A DNA stretch of 64,000 nt from Azolla caroliniana (GCA_043228905.1 JBHGNT010000005.1:12338001-12402000); one strand, 5' to 3'; shown: positions 1 to 12,500, counted from the first letter of the stretch. Translations and numbers: made by a program. Notes: a model not told the origin generated them from the letters alone.

Positions 1-867
1 GAACCCGAGTCGGTTTGGTTTCGGATACTTGTTGTTGAACTTGCTCGGAGTTACTCCGGTAACTTGAGGGATAGAACTAGTTGGTCTTCCCGAATGTTGC
101 CGAGTCAGAGTGAGCCCGGTTAGCTTCCGATTGTATGCCGAATACCGATTACACGAAACCAATTGTTTGGGCCGATTCTGCTTTGGATGACTGCAGCGAT
201 GAGAGGGACGGATCCAACTAATCCTTCCGAATGTCACTCAGCCGAGTGAAGCACGAAGTGGTTGTTGCCAGGAGACCAATCTGTAGCGGGTGAATAGCGT
301 CCGGTGACCTATTCGGATGTTGTTTAACTGAATGAAGCACGATTGGGTCGGTTGTTGCTCAAGGAGCTCCCCTCAAGCGGTTACAATCACATGAACTGAG
401 TACAACCAATTGGCTTACTCCAATTTGTGATTTAACACAGTGAGATGCGAGCTTTTTGTTTTTCTTCTCCCTTCTCTGTTCTTCAAAGAAAACGAAAACA
501 GAATGTTTTGTTGTGCGATGATGGCCGGCAGCGGGTTGAAGAACCTCCAACACTCTGATACCAAATGTTGGGGACAAGGCTATCAATGCGGAAGTGCAAG
601 CAACATTCGTGATGAAGAAGAACCTGTGTATGCATGAGCAAGATAGACACAGAGGGAGAGAGAGAGAGAGAGAGAGGCACAAAGTAATTGTTATATTCAA
701 TAGCAACAGTTACAAATGACAACCAATCTTTACTAAAGGTTACAAAGTCACTTTATATAGTGACTATCCTAGGGCAACTACCCTTTATGCTATTTACAGA
801 AATAGCCCGAACTTGGGTTGTCCAAAGGGACAGTGTGAATACGGCCATTATACACTCATATTCGACA
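1..867 (-). mobile_element. 5' end of an LTR retrotransposon (probably copia) running out of the window; 5' LTR ~566-867
   Basis: Reverse-complemented iMet PBS (ctctgatacca, 553-563) lies 2 nt from a TG...CA segment (566-867) with a (GA)n tract and a TATA-like motif. The other LTR and TSD are outside the window. Confidence 0.6.
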
Positions 868-1599
868 CCTCTTCGGCAAGAGGCACTTCAAGGGAGGTCT
901 GATTAATCAATCCCTAGAAAGCATTCAGATGTTTTTCCATGCTGGAGCCATCAAAATACCGGAGTCTCGCTATTTTTCGGAACACTAAGACTCTGTTAAC
1001 AACATTTTTGTTCTCGAACATAATGACAATCTTCTCCCAAAGGACATCCGCCTTGTTCTCCTCATTGAAGTTGTTGTATAGACTCATGTCTCTAAAACAA
1101 CTTATGTATGCAGTTGCCTTCAGATGCATGACTTCCAAAGTCAATGCATTGATCTTGTCAGGCTTGGTCTTCCCATATTGCGCTGGCAGCCAGAGATCTT
1201 TGCATACCAACATGTCTCTCACCTTTGACTTCCACACTGACTAGTTGGAGCCGATTAACTTGAACATGCCGCCGAATGAGTCTTCCATTTTCTTTCTTAG
1301 CTTGAAGGTTATAAACCTTTGCTTTGATACCAGTTTGATAAAAAATGGGTCTCGGCCACAATCGAGATTCAAGCACAAAGAAGAGAAAACAGAAAATCAG
1401 ATAATGATTCACTTCCACGAAGACACGGGATATTGGCATGGAAAACCCCAACCAAGTAAAAACCACGGGAGCCCACAGACTCTGAACAAATTACTATGAG
1501 AGGCAATACAATGAGACTCACAGGCAACAACCTCGAGCTCGTCTTCTTTGCCTATAGGCGGTTACAACAGAGATGCTTTGCTCTCAGTCTCTCTTTTGC

Positions 1600-1632
<33 letters not shown>

Positions 1633-1911
1633 TAGTTACACAGTCAAAAACTCTCTTCAACGCTCTCTACCTTAACATAAAGTTTTGCTCTAGTTCCTTT
1701 ATACTAATACAACTTAGGACTATTTACAAATATGGCCTAAATAAGCACAACACTAAACCTATTTACATATGTGGCCTCTTCCGGATGCATATCCGGATTC
1801 GATACAGACACTGATTCGGATCCAAATCCGAATCCGGTCTCTCTTTTCCTTCAGATCCGACTGATCCAGCTCGTGCTCTCCTTCCCATCCGAAGGGACCT
1901 GTTTCCTAACA
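868..1911 (-). mobile_element. Tnt1/Tork-like copia remnant: 5' LTR 1336-1911, PBS 1321-1332, degenerate gag ~914-1270
   Basis: PBS tggtatcaaagc on the minus strand. ORF 914-1237 (WKSKVRDMLVCKDLW...LRYFDGSSMEKHLNAF) is homologous to the gag of the 5467 ORF. The LTR terminus resembles the reverse complement of the 4793 LTR start. Confidence 0.75.
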
Positions 1912-2050
1912 TATATCACCAAAAGGTATCTTTCTTTCCATTAAGCCCCCTCCATACATACACATCCCCCTTTATATAGGAAAGACATGAAAATTACAAT
2001 GCCATTCGGCACATCATTTTGAATTTGAAAGTTAAGTTACAATGTCATAC

Positions 2051-2705
2051 TGATGGGGATACAAGAAGAGTTGAACGCTGCCGATGCCTAGGTTTACACC
2101 CAACTAATCGGTCTGCAGCAGATACAGTTGCTAACACTTAGACGATTTGCAACAAACAGTAAATAAGGAAATCTGACACTGATATTTACATGGAAAAACC
2201 TAACTGGGAAAAACCATGGGAGCCCACAGACTCCAAAACAAATTCACTATGAGATGTTTTCAACTATGTCTGCCCTAGCCAACTAGGGGTGTACAATAGC
2301 TTTGATTGGCCACAACCGTAAACAAATCTTCCTCTCAATAGATGGATTGACACAGAAAACAGAAGGAGAAAACAAAGATACCACAACTTGCTTGTGCGAA
2401 GTTGTCAATCAACTGATCGGATTCGATGGTCTGCACTCAAGAAGGCTCGACCTGCACAATGCCTCCAACACTCTGCTTACAACATCTACAAAGTTCACTT
2501 CTACTACAATCTCTTCCGTGTCAATATCATTGTTTCCCTAGCTCTACATATATGTGTAAATATATATAGAAGAATTTACAAATATAGCCTCGAATCGCCT
2601 TTAGCCGGATCGGCTATTTGGCCGATTTGGCTAATGACCGAATCGACTCCTGGCCTTAACCGGATAGGCTCTCCTTCCATTACAAGGGACCTCTTTTGTA
2701 CAACA
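2051..2705 (-). mobile_element. Solo LTR (Tork-like family) with 5-bp TSD CATAC
   Basis: TG at 2051, CA at 2705; CATAC at 2046-2050 and 2706-2710. Internal motif ggaaaaacc-taactgggaaaaaccatgggagcccacagactc is shared with the LTRs at 1336 and 4793. Confidence 0.8.
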
Positions 2706-4847
2706 CATACGACATACATACCGTTCCAGATCTACTATTTACATAATACATATCTGAAAAGAATAGCGTGCGGAAGCAATATAGGAAATCAAACAACAGA
2801 AAACGCAAGTTTAAGGGAAAGCTTAAGTTTGCACAGTACGCACGGGTGAGACAGACAGAGAGTAAACACAAGAACTTAATTCAAAAATAATACTCGATCT
2901 GTACATCGTGTGTGTTCAATGAACACTTTTATACAAGTCCTTTTCGAACTGACAGAAGTACTAACAGTACTTCCATGCTCATTAAGGAGCCCCTACACTA
3001 ACTCCCAAATATATTCCTTGTGGAATATCTTTCCGATGGCCTCCCGGTTTCTGCACCGATCCGGTCCTCGGCTTGCTCAGCCGATCCGGCCGATGTTGAG
3101 CTTGTCTCTCAACACTCCCCCTCAACCTCAACTTGAGGTTCTTCGGGATCTTCTGGATCACCACTCCGGTTCCTCCTGGCTCCACGCCTCGCTCGCGCTC
3201 CTCGGCTTGTTCGACTCCTCGCGCTTTGACCCTTCCGGTCGGCTTGTCTGCTCCCACAGCCCTTCACAACTCCCTTGTTGTCGCGGTGTTGGCGCTTCTC
3301 TTGCTGCCTTCTTTTCCGCTTGGCCCTCGGTTGATTCAGTGTATCCGAGTCAAACATCTAAACCGACTCGGCTTCCTCTGATCAGTTTTTGCTCTCGTCT
3401 GAGTTGGCTGCCTCCAATTCATCTTTGGTCTTCTGGCCCTTGATGGCTTCGTCTCCCCCATGCTTAGTTGGCTTCGGCTCTTTCTTTCGGCTACTCCCCT
3501 TATGTCCACTTTGGGACTCTTCCACGGATCCGCCCTTAGCTTCTTCAGCCGATCCGAAGTCGAATTCGTCATCCGACTCGGCGTCGCGGTCTTCTCTCCC
3601 CCTTCCGTGGTCATTCAGGACATCTCTCCCCCTCAAGTTCGGCTCGTCGAGGTGATGCAACCCAAGCACACCCGAGAATTGCCGCAACTTGTCCAGACCA
3701 AGAGGCTTGGTGAAGATGTCACCGGTCTGCCGATCCGTCGGAACATATTGAAGTTCGACTTCACCGGAGAGAACACACTCACGGACGAAATGATAGTGCA
3801 CCTCAATGTGCTTAGTCTGGGCATGGAAAACGGGGTTCTTGGCAAGCTGGATGCTACTAAGGTTGTCACAGTAGATAGTCATTGGATCAGACACCTCCAC
3901 CTGCAAATCCTTAAGTAGCTGCTTCAACCATATGGCTTCGCATGTCGCGACAGCCGCTCCTCTATACTCGGCCTCGGTGCTCGACAGCGCAACTGTCAGC
4001 TGCTTCTTGCTACTCCACGTGATCGCGGCACTCCCGAGAGAGAACGCAAAACCAGACGTGGATCGGTGATCGGTGACGTTGTCGGCCCAATCAGCATCGG
4101 TGTAGCCGACCAACTGCGGGGCTGTATCGGACCGATATAGTAGCCCCCGATCCTTAGTGCCACTCATGTACCGGAGTATGTGTTGGGCGCACTGAAGGTG
4201 TTCCTCGGTCAGTCGCGCCATGAACTGACTAACCACCCCGACTGGGTAGCTAAGATCTGGTCGGGTGATGGTCAAGTATATAAGGCTGCCGACTATCTGT
4301 CGGAACCTCGTCGGGTCGCATACCTTTCCGGACTCGGGACGAAGCTTGACGGTTCTATCCAGAGGAATCAAGACGGACTTACAGTCTGCCATCCCGAATT
4401 TGAAGAGCATATTCAGCGCGTAATGACGTTGGCTGATCAGTATGCCTGCGAAGGTGCAGATCACTTCGATCCCGAGGAAGTAATGAAGGTCCCCTAGATC
4501 CTTCATGTCAAATGATGCCGCAAGCTGGAGCTTCACGCGGTCGATTTCACCTAGGTCAGCGCCGGTGATGACCAAGTCATCAACATATAATAAAATACTG
4601 ACTAGACCGAGTTGACCTTTCCGGATGAACAGGGATGAGTCCGATTTTGACGTTGTAAAGCCCATCCCACGCAGTTGTTGCATGATCTTCGCGTTCCAGG
4701 CACGCGGGGCTTGCTTCAGTCCGTAAAGGGACTTCTTCAATCGGCACATTGCCGACGTGTTCGTTCCGGAGTGAAATCCGGGGGGTTGTACCTGTTGGGA
4801 TTTCGGTCCCTCCGGATGGGATGTCCGGAGATGAATGACGGCAAGCC

Positions 4848-4985
4848 CGGAGGCTGTTACGGAACCGTAGGATGAAGAGTACCCGGCATGAAGCCGGATG
4901 AAGAGTACACGGTTACGGAGCCGGATGCTGAAGACCCCGGTTACGGAGCCGGATGACGTATGTACCCGGAGAGAGATCCGGATGC
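4848..4985 (+). repeat. Short tandem repeats in U3 (ccggatga.../cggttacggagccggatg), also present in the 3' LTR
   Basis: Several imperfect ~25-30 bp units are visible upstream of the TATA box (tataaata ~5059). Confidence 0.65.
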
Positions 4986-5466
4986 GGGGACATATCTGTG
5001 AATATGTTTGCCAAGGGCCCTTGAGGTTATATTTGTAAATAGCCCGAAAGTCATTTGTGTATAAATATGACTTAGGGCAAACAGTTTTGTTGTTGCTCAT
5101 TTTTTTTCTGTTTTCCACTAAGAGGGAGCGAAGTGAGAGCAGCCGAGAGAGAGTGAGAGAGAAAGAGGAAGGAAGAGGTCGACACCTCTGTGTAATACCG
5201 CCGCCTGTGGCGAGGACAGCGAGCTCAAGGTCGTCGCCTTGCAGCTCGCCATTGTACATTCCCGCGTATAGTGATAGTTGGAGTCTTGCACTCCCGTGGT
5301 TTTTCCCATTTAGGGTTTTCCACGTAAAACATCCAGTGTACCCTTCTCTCTATTGCTTTTAGTGCATTCTTGTATTTCCCGTTTACTGTGAATCGATCCT
5401 GTTCCTCGGTTGTGGCCGAGCACGGAATTTCGACAAAGTGGTATCAGAGCGACGGTAACACAGAAA

Positions 5467-8400
5467 ATGGAAGGCGGCAGCAGCGGGCAGCCGGGGATGA
5501 TGGTGCTGAATGCGCAGAACTACGCCGACTGGAAGATAAAGATGGAGGATCTGCTCATTGTTCGGGACCTGTATGAACCGATCGACAGGTCGGAAATACC
5601 CAAGGGTGTACTTGAGACGGATTGGAGGCTTCTGAACCGAAAAGCCGTTGCAACCATTCGGCAATACGTCGACGTGAGCGTCCTACAACACGTGGCGAAC
5701 GACACCAACGCATATGAGATGTGGCGGAAGCTGTCGGGCCTCTACGAGAGGAAGAATGCGTTGAACCGGACCTCCCTGATGAGAAAGATAGTGAACCTCA
5801 AGTACCGGGACGGCGAGAGTATGGTGGAACACGTAAGCACGTTCATGGGATTCGTGAACCAGCTTGCGGCGATCAAGTTCCCGTTGGAGGATGCAATGCA
5901 AGCCATCATCCTGATGTGTACATTGCCGGACAGCTGGGAGAACTTGGTGGTGACTCTCAGCACCTCCTGCACCGAAGATAACTTGTCCCTACAAACGGTA
6001 AAGACAAGTATCTTGAACGAAGAAGCGCGTCGGAGAGATAAAGAACCGGCCTCCGACTCGAAGGCGCTGCTTACCGAATCGGAACGGGGAAGACAATGGA
6101 ACCGGAGTCCGCAAAGACGGGAGAAGTCGGGGACCCGGTCGCAGTCAAGAGGAAGACCCACATGCTTCCACTGTGGGAAGCCGGGGCACTTCCGGAAGAA
6201 TTGTCGGCATTACCGAAAAGACAACGGAGCCGACGACACCGATTCGAAGAAATCACCGGAGAGAAACGGTGCATACCGGGGAGCCACGGACCGGAGAGGT
6301 CCGGATCGGCGAGGGCAGGACCGGAAAGGAACGACGGCACTCGCGGCAAGTGAAGAGGAGATCATGCTCATCACCGAAGAAAGTGAACTAAACATTGCCG
6401 GCGATGAGACTACCTGGGTGGTCGATTCCGGAGCGTCGTTCCACCTGACCCCGGAAAGGAGATACTTCTCATCCTACACAGCCGGTGAACATGGCTGTGT
6501 TCGGATGGGAAATGAAGGTACGTGCCGGATTGCTGGCATAGGAGACGTATGGTTGACAACCCCGACCGGATGCAAAATGCTGCTGAAGGATGTCCGACAC
6601 GTTCCGGAGGTTCGATTGAACCTGATTTCGGCCGGGAGGCTAGACGATGAAGGCTACACAGGTAGCATCCGGAACGGCGTAATGAAGTTCAGCAAGGGAA
6701 GCCTGATAGTGGCTCGGGCCCGGAAAGTCAACACACTGTACCTTATGAATGCCTGGTTGTGTCCGGAAGAGCTGAATGTGGCAGCCGACACTGCCGGTGA
6801 GCTGTGGCACAAGAGACTGTGCCACATGAGTGAGAAGGGGATGAAGAGGCTTGCAGAAGACAACCTTATTCCAGTGAAGCATGTGCACCTGGAGAAGTGC
6901 ACCGATTGCCTGGCCGGTAAGCAGAACCGAACCTCCTTCCACTCAAGGCCACCGACGAGACGTAGCGCACCATTGGAGTTGGTGCACACTGATGTGTGTC
7001 AGGTAGAAACGAAGTCACATGGCGGAGCCCAGTACTTCGTGACTTTCATTGATGATCACAGCCTGAAGCTGTGGACGGCGCCGTTGAAGACAAAGGACCA
7101 AGTGTTGTCCGTCTTCAAAGAACTCCACGCGAGAGTGGAAAGAGAATCCGGCAAGAAGCTGAAAGCGATACGAGTGGATAACGGAGGGGAATACCAGGGG
7201 CAGTTCGCAGAGTACTGTCGCTCGAAGGGAATCCGGCTCGAGTTTACTGTGCCGAAGACGCCGGAACTGAACGGGCTGGCCGAGAGGATGAACCGGACCA
7301 TAATGGAGAGGGTCCGGAGTATGCTAGCACATGCGAAATTACCCAAGGGATTTTGGGCTGAGGCAATGTCGACGGCGACGTATGTGATAAATAGATCACC
7401 CTCAGTACCTTTGGACGGAGACACGCCGCAGAAAGTGTGGACCGGTAAGGAAGTGTCCTACCGGCATCTGAAGGTGTTCGGGTGTCTCGCATACGTGCAT
7501 GTGGCAAAGGACCGGAGAGGAAAGTTAGATCCAAAGACCCGGCCATGCATATTCCTCGGTTACGGCGACGACGAGTTCGGCTACCGAGTATGGGACCCGG
7601 TCGACAAGAAGATATTCAGGAGTCGAGATATCATCTTCATGGAGGACAAGACACTCGCCGACTGGGAGTCGGAGAAGAAGATGAAGAGCTCCAAGTCGAC
7701 CGGTGAGGATCAACTCTACGAAGAGCAGTCCCGACCGGCAAGGGACCGGTTAGCACTCGAGGATCCGGCCGAAGACGGTGAAGAAACAGAACCGGCCGAA
7801 GAAGATGAGAATGATACCGGAACCGGCCCCGATCCCGAAATGGATTCGGATGAAGAAGAATCGGAAGAACCGGTTACCGAAGCTCCGGAACGGAGATATC
7901 CTCTAAGAGAGAGAAGGGCCCCCCGGAGATTTCCGGAACCAGAGCACGTGCTGCTAACCGACGAGGGGGAGCCGGAGAGCTTTGAAGAAGCAAAACTTGA
8001 CACCCATAGCCGCAGGTGGTTAAGTGCCATGCAGGAGGAGATGGATTCCCTGCATGAGAACCACACATATGAACTTGTGGAGTTGCCGAAAGGAAAGCGG
8101 GCACTTCGAAACAAGTGGGTGTTCAAGCTGAAACCGGGAGATGCCGGAAAAACCCCGAGATACAAAGCCAGGATCGTGGTGAAGGGGTTTCAGCAGAAGA
8201 AGGGCGTCGACTTCGACGAGATATTTGCCCCGGTAGTGAAGATGACCTCCATCCGGACGGTGCTAAGCATAGCGGCAAGCATGGACCTCGAGGTAGAACA
8301 GATGGACGTGAAGACGGCATTCCTTCACGGTGACCTCGAAGAAGAGATCTACATGCAGCAACCGGAAGGATTCGAGAAGAAAGGGAAGGAGCACCTGGTA

Positions 8401-9540
8401 TGCCGGTTGAAGAAGAGCCTTTACGGACTAAAGCAGGCTCCCCGGCAATGGTACCGGAAGTTCGACTCCTTCATGACCGACGAAGGGTACCACAAAACGC
8501 AGTCTGATCACTGCGTGTTTGTGAAGAAGTTCGAAGGAGGAGACTCTCTAATACTCCTCCTGTACGTGGACGACATGTTGATCGTCGGACGGGACCAGGT
8601 CAAGATACGGACGCTGAAGAGAGCGCTTCACCGAACCTTCTCAATGAAGGACCTGGGTCCGGCGAGGCAAATACTAGGGATGCACATCATCCGGGACCGG
8701 AAGAAGAAGCAGTTGTGGCTGTCACAGGAGAAGTACGTGACAAAGGTGCTTCACCGGTTCAACATGTCGGAAGCAAGACCGGTCGGGTCAACCCTCCCGG
8801 CAAACTGCAAGTTGTCCAGCAAGCAAAGCCCCAAGACAAAGGCTGAGAAGGAGGACATGATGAAAGTACCATATGCCTCTGCCGTCGGAAGCTTGATGTA
8901 CGCAATGGTGTGTACAAGACCGGACATAGGATATGCAGTTGGAGTGGTGAGCCGGTACATGAGCAATCCCGGCAAAGAGCACTGGAACGCGGTCAAGTGG
9001 ATACTCCGATACCTGAAGGGCACGGCAAACGTGTGCCTCCGATTCGGCTCCGGTAAGCCCGAATTCGACGGCTTTACCGATTCGGATATGTCGGCTGATG
9101 CAGATACCAGCCGGTCCACATCAGGGTATGTGATGACGTATGCAGGTGGAGCTGTTTCGTGGCAGTCGAGGCTGCAGAAGACGGTTGCGCTGTCAACCAC
9201 GGAGGCGGAGTACATGGCTGCTGTTGAAGCCGGCAAGGAAATAATATGGATGAAGGACTTCATTAGAGAGCTCGGTATCCGGCAGGAGGAGTACCGACTC
9301 TACTGCGATAGTCTGAGTGCCATCCACCTTGCGAAGAACGCGGCCTACCATTCCCGGACGAAACACATCCAGCGCAGATACCACTGGATCCGGGAAAGGA
9401 TAGAAGACAAGGAGTTCGTGCTGATGAAGATCCACACGGACGAGAACGGGTCGGATATGCTGACCAAGGTGCTCACACCTGACAAGCTGGAAGCATGCCG
9501 GAAGAGGATCGGGTTGGAGAGACATCCCATGCCGAAGTGA
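5467..9540 (+). CDS. Gag-Pol polyprotein, 1357 aa (gag with CCHC knuckle, protease, integrase, RT, RNase H)
   Basis: Single uninterrupted ORF from ATG 5467 with motifs CFHCGKPGHFRKNC, WVVDSGAS, HHCC plus D-D-E integrase (VHTD / VDNGGE / NGLAER), LLYVDDML and FTDSD...TEAEY. Confidence 0.96.
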   Translation: MEGGSSGQPGMMVLNAQNYADWKIKMEDLLIVRDLYEPIDRSEIPKGVLETDWRLLNRKAVATIRQYVDVSVLQHVANDTNAYEMWRKLSGLYERKNALNRTSLMRKIVNLKYRDGESMVEHVSTFMGFVNQLAAIKFPLEDAMQAIILMCTLPDSWENLVVTLSTSCTEDNLSLQTVKTSILNEEARRRDKEPASDSKALLTESERGRQWNRSPQRREKSGTRSQSRGRPTCFHCGKPGHFRKNCRHYRKDNGADDTDSKKSPERNGAYRGATDRRGPDRRGQDRKGTTALAASEEEIMLITEESELNIAGDETTWVVDSGASFHLTPERRYFSSYTAGEHGCVRMGNEGTCRIAGIGDVWLTTPTGCKMLLKDVRHVPEVRLNLISAGRLDDEGYTGSIRNGVMKFSKGSLIVARARKVNTLYLMNAWLCPEELNVAADTAGELWHKRLCHMSEKGMKRLAEDNLIPVKHVHLEKCTDCLAGKQNRTSFHSRPPTRRSAPLELVHTDVCQVETKSHGGAQYFVTFIDDHSLKLWTAPLKTKDQVLSVFKELHARVERESGKKLKAIRVDNGGEYQGQFAEYCRSKGIRLEFTVPKTPELNGLAERMNRTIMERVRSMLAHAKLPKGFWAEAMSTATYVINRSPSVPLDGDTPQKVWTGKEVSYRHLKVFGCLAYVHVAKDRRGKLDPKTRPCIFLGYGDDEFGYRVWDPVDKKIFRSRDIIFMEDKTLADWESEKKMKSSKSTGEDQLYEEQSRPARDRLALEDPAEDGEETEPAEEDENDTGTGPDPEMDSDEEESEEPVTEAPERRYPLRERRAPRRFPEPEHVLLTDEGEPESFEEAKLDTHSRRWLSAMQEEMDSLHENHTYELVELPKGKRALRNKWVFKLKPGDAGKTPRYKARIVVKGFQQKKGVDFDEIFAPVVKMTSIRTVLSIAASMDLEVEQMDVKTAFLHGDLEEEIYMQQPEGFEKKGKEHLVCRLKKSLYGLKQAPRQWYRKFDSFMTDEGYHKTQSDHCVFVKKFEGGDSLILLLYVDDMLIVGRDQVKIRTLKRALHRTFSMKDLGPARQILGMHIIRDRKKKQLWLSQEKYVTKVLHRFNMSEARPVGSTLPANCKLSSKQSPKTKAEKEDMMKVPYASAVGSLMYAMVCTRPDIGYAVGVVSRYMSNPGKEHWNAVKWILRYLKGTANVCLRFGSGKPEFDGFTDSDMSADADTSRSTSGYVMTYAGGAVSWQSRLQKTVALSTTEAEYMAAVEAGKEIIWMKDFIRELGIRQEEYRLYCDSLSAIHLAKNAAYHSRTKHIQRRYHWIRERIEDKEFVLMKIHTDENGSDMLTKVLTPDKLEACRKRIGLERHPMPK

Positions 9541-12500
9541 AGGGGGAGTTTGTTGGGATTTCGGTCCCTCCGGATGGGATGTCCGGAGATGAATGACGGC
9601 AAGCCCGGAGGCTGTTACGGAACCGTAGGATGAAGAGTACCCGGCATGAAGCCGGATGAAGAGTACACGGTTACGGAGCCGGATGCTGAAGACCCCGGTT
9701 ATGGAGCCGGATGACGTATGTACCCGGAGAGAGATCCGGATGCGGGGACATATCTGTGAATATGTTTGCCAAGGGCCCTTGAGGTTATATTTGTAAATAG
9801 CCCGAAAGTCATTTGTGTATAAATATGACTTAGGGCAAACAGTTTTGTTGTTGCTCATTTTTTTTCTGTTTTCCACTAAGAGGGAGCGAAGTGAGAGCAG
9901 CCGAGAGAGAGTGAGAGAGAAAGAGGAAGGAAGAGGTCGACGCCTCTGTGTAATACCGCCGCCTGTGGCGAGGACAGCGAGCTCAAGGTCGTCGCCTTGC
10001 AGCTCGCCATTGTACATTCCCGCGTATAGTGATAGTTGGAGTCTTGCACTCCCGTGGTTTTTCCCATTTAGGGTTTTCCACGTAAAACATCCAGTGTACC
10101 CTTCTCTCTATTGCTTTTAGTGCATTCTTGTATTTCCCGTTTACTGTGAATCGATCCTGTTCCTCGGTTGTGGCCGAGCACGGAATTTCGACAGTACCAT
10201 GTACACCTGTTCCTCAAGCTCACCTTGCAGGAACGCATTCTTTACATCCATCTGATGTAAGTGCCACCCCTTTGCCGCAGCTACCGCGAGCAAAACACGG
10301 ACGGTCGTCATCTTCGCAACCGGCGCAAACATCTCATCGTAGTCGATGTCATGTTTCTGCGCGTAGCCTTTTGCCACTAACCGGGCCTTGTATCGGTTGA
10401 CTGAGCCGTCGGTGTTGTACTTGACCTTGTACACCCACCTACATCCGATCAGCTTCACACCCTTCGGTGCGTCAACCAGGTCCCAGGTCTCGTTTTCCGC
10501 CAATGCGTGCATCTCTTCCTCCATCGCGGTGCGCCAATTCGCGTCCTTAGCTGCTTCTTCATAGCTCTCCGGCTCACGCACTTCCGCTACATGGGTCATG
10601 TACGCATAATGATGCGTCATGTACTCGTTGTATCCGAACCGCACAACTGGGTTCTTCTGGTGGGTAGATCGGCATAATCGGTCATTAGCCGATGTCGAGG
10701 TCTTCTCGGCCGACGGACTTCGCTCTTGAAGACCCATCACCGCTTCCCTCAGAGTCGGACTCGCGTCGGTCTAACTCGTTCCTATCCATGCCGGAATCTG
10801 ACACCTTCTTCTTCCCTTTCTCTTTGCGTGTAAGCCATCTCCTCGGCTTCCTGTGCTAGGAATGCACGGCCGAGTCTCCACTATTCGACGGCTCTTTGTC
10901 GGACTGGTCGAACCGACTCAGTCGTCCATTCGGTCCACTTAACCGAAACGAAATCGGACTCTCTTCGCGGGTCCCGATTTCAGGCTCATCTGGAGGCATC
11001 TCAGCCTCACTGACCTCATCGTCAGAACTCGGATTGGAGGTGAGGTCCGGAGTCGAAGGCAAGTACCAAGACGCGGACTCGTCAAACACAACATCACGGC
11101 TCACGCGCGCTTGTTTGGTGTGAGGGTTATAACACTTATAACCCTTCTGCTCGTCCGAGTAACCGACCAAGATACATTTCTCGGCCTTTGCATCCAGCTT
11201 CCTCCGTTTCTCCTTCGGCACATGCACATACACAATGCTACCAAAAACTCATAAGTGTCGCAAGTTCGGCTTCGTTCCGAAATATAGCTCATGCGCCGAC
11301 ACTTTGTCTCCGATCCGGTTCTAGATGTATACCGCAGTTCGTACCGCCTCGACCCAATAGAACTTGGGCAAGCTCTTTTCTTCCAGCATTGCCCACGCCG
11401 CTTCCACAACCGACCGATTTTTCCTCTCGGCCACGCCGTTTTGCTCCAGCGTGTATCTACAACTGAATTCGCGCCGAATTCCCATATGTTGTAGATAACC
11501 ATTGAATTGATTAGAAAAGTATTCTTTTCTGCCATCCGACCGCAGGCACTTGATCTTCCTTCCTGTTTCCGTTTCCACGAACCCTTTGAGATCCCGGAAA
11601 CAGTCGAAGACTTCGCTCTTCCTCTCAATGAGGTAGATCCAGGTGTGCCGCGTGTAGTCGTCGATGAAGGAGATGAAATATCGGCTCCCGCCAAGACTAA
11701 TGTTTTGTGTCAGCCCCCACACATTGGAGTGTATCAAGTCGAGCTTGTTCCGGCTCCGGTTACGCTCGTTTGGGAAGGGAAGTCGGTGTTGCTTCCCAAG
11801 CTGGCAGGCTTCGCAAATTTGTGCCTTCCGGCCACTAAATTTGGGCAATCCAAACACCACTTGTTTCGATTGCAAGTCCTGAAGCCGCTGGTAGTTGACG
11901 TGGCCTATCCGTTTGTGCCACAAGTCGATGTCCGACTCGACTTTTTGTCCCTTCGCGAACATTGCAGTGCCACCGTCAATAGAGTCGAGGATGAACATCC
12001 TCCCATCTCTGCGCCTTTGCGCAATAACACGGCCTTCTTCCTCAATGAAGCACCCGAGATGTGTAAACCGAACCTGTATCCCCTGGTCGACGATCTACCC
12101 GACCGACACTAGATTCTTCGTGATTGTCGGGACATGTAACACGTTCATAAGTTTCCCTTTTTGCCCGACATGGCTCAAGGGAACTTCACTGACATTCGTG
12201 ATCGGATGCGGAGTGTCGTCTCTAGTTGTGACTACTCCTGGTTGCGTCGGTTTCTCAAGATATGAGAACCACTCCTCGTGGCACGTCATGTGGTTTGACG
12301 CGCCGGAGTCGACGTACCACACCTCCTCCGACTTCGGGGTGATCTTCTTCATTGAGTTTGCTTCATGTCTCATCACGAAGACTGACCCCTTTTTCGGCTT
12401 CTCTAGATCCTTCGGCGTAGTGCGATCGTTGTCGATTTCCTTTGTCGGTCTGTCCAGAACTTGTTCTGGACCCGGTTCTCTCCAAATCAACGCGCTTTTT

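Larger units (their letters stand above)
4793..10193 (+). mobile_element. Intact, very young Tnt1/Tork-like Ty1/copia retrotransposon
   Basis: 643-bp LTRs (4793-5435, 9551-10193) differing at about 2 positions by eye; perfect TSD GTACC (4788-4792, 10194-10198); PBS tggtatcagagc 5439-5450; PPT gaagggggag ~9539-9548. Confidence 0.97.

Noticed and set aside
3382-5259. 625-aa ORF with a novel-looking N-terminus fused to RT/RNase H
   Set aside because: Artefact of nesting: the first ~155 aa are the antisense read of the inserted LTR (repeated at 9193-10017) that happens to join copia A pol in frame.
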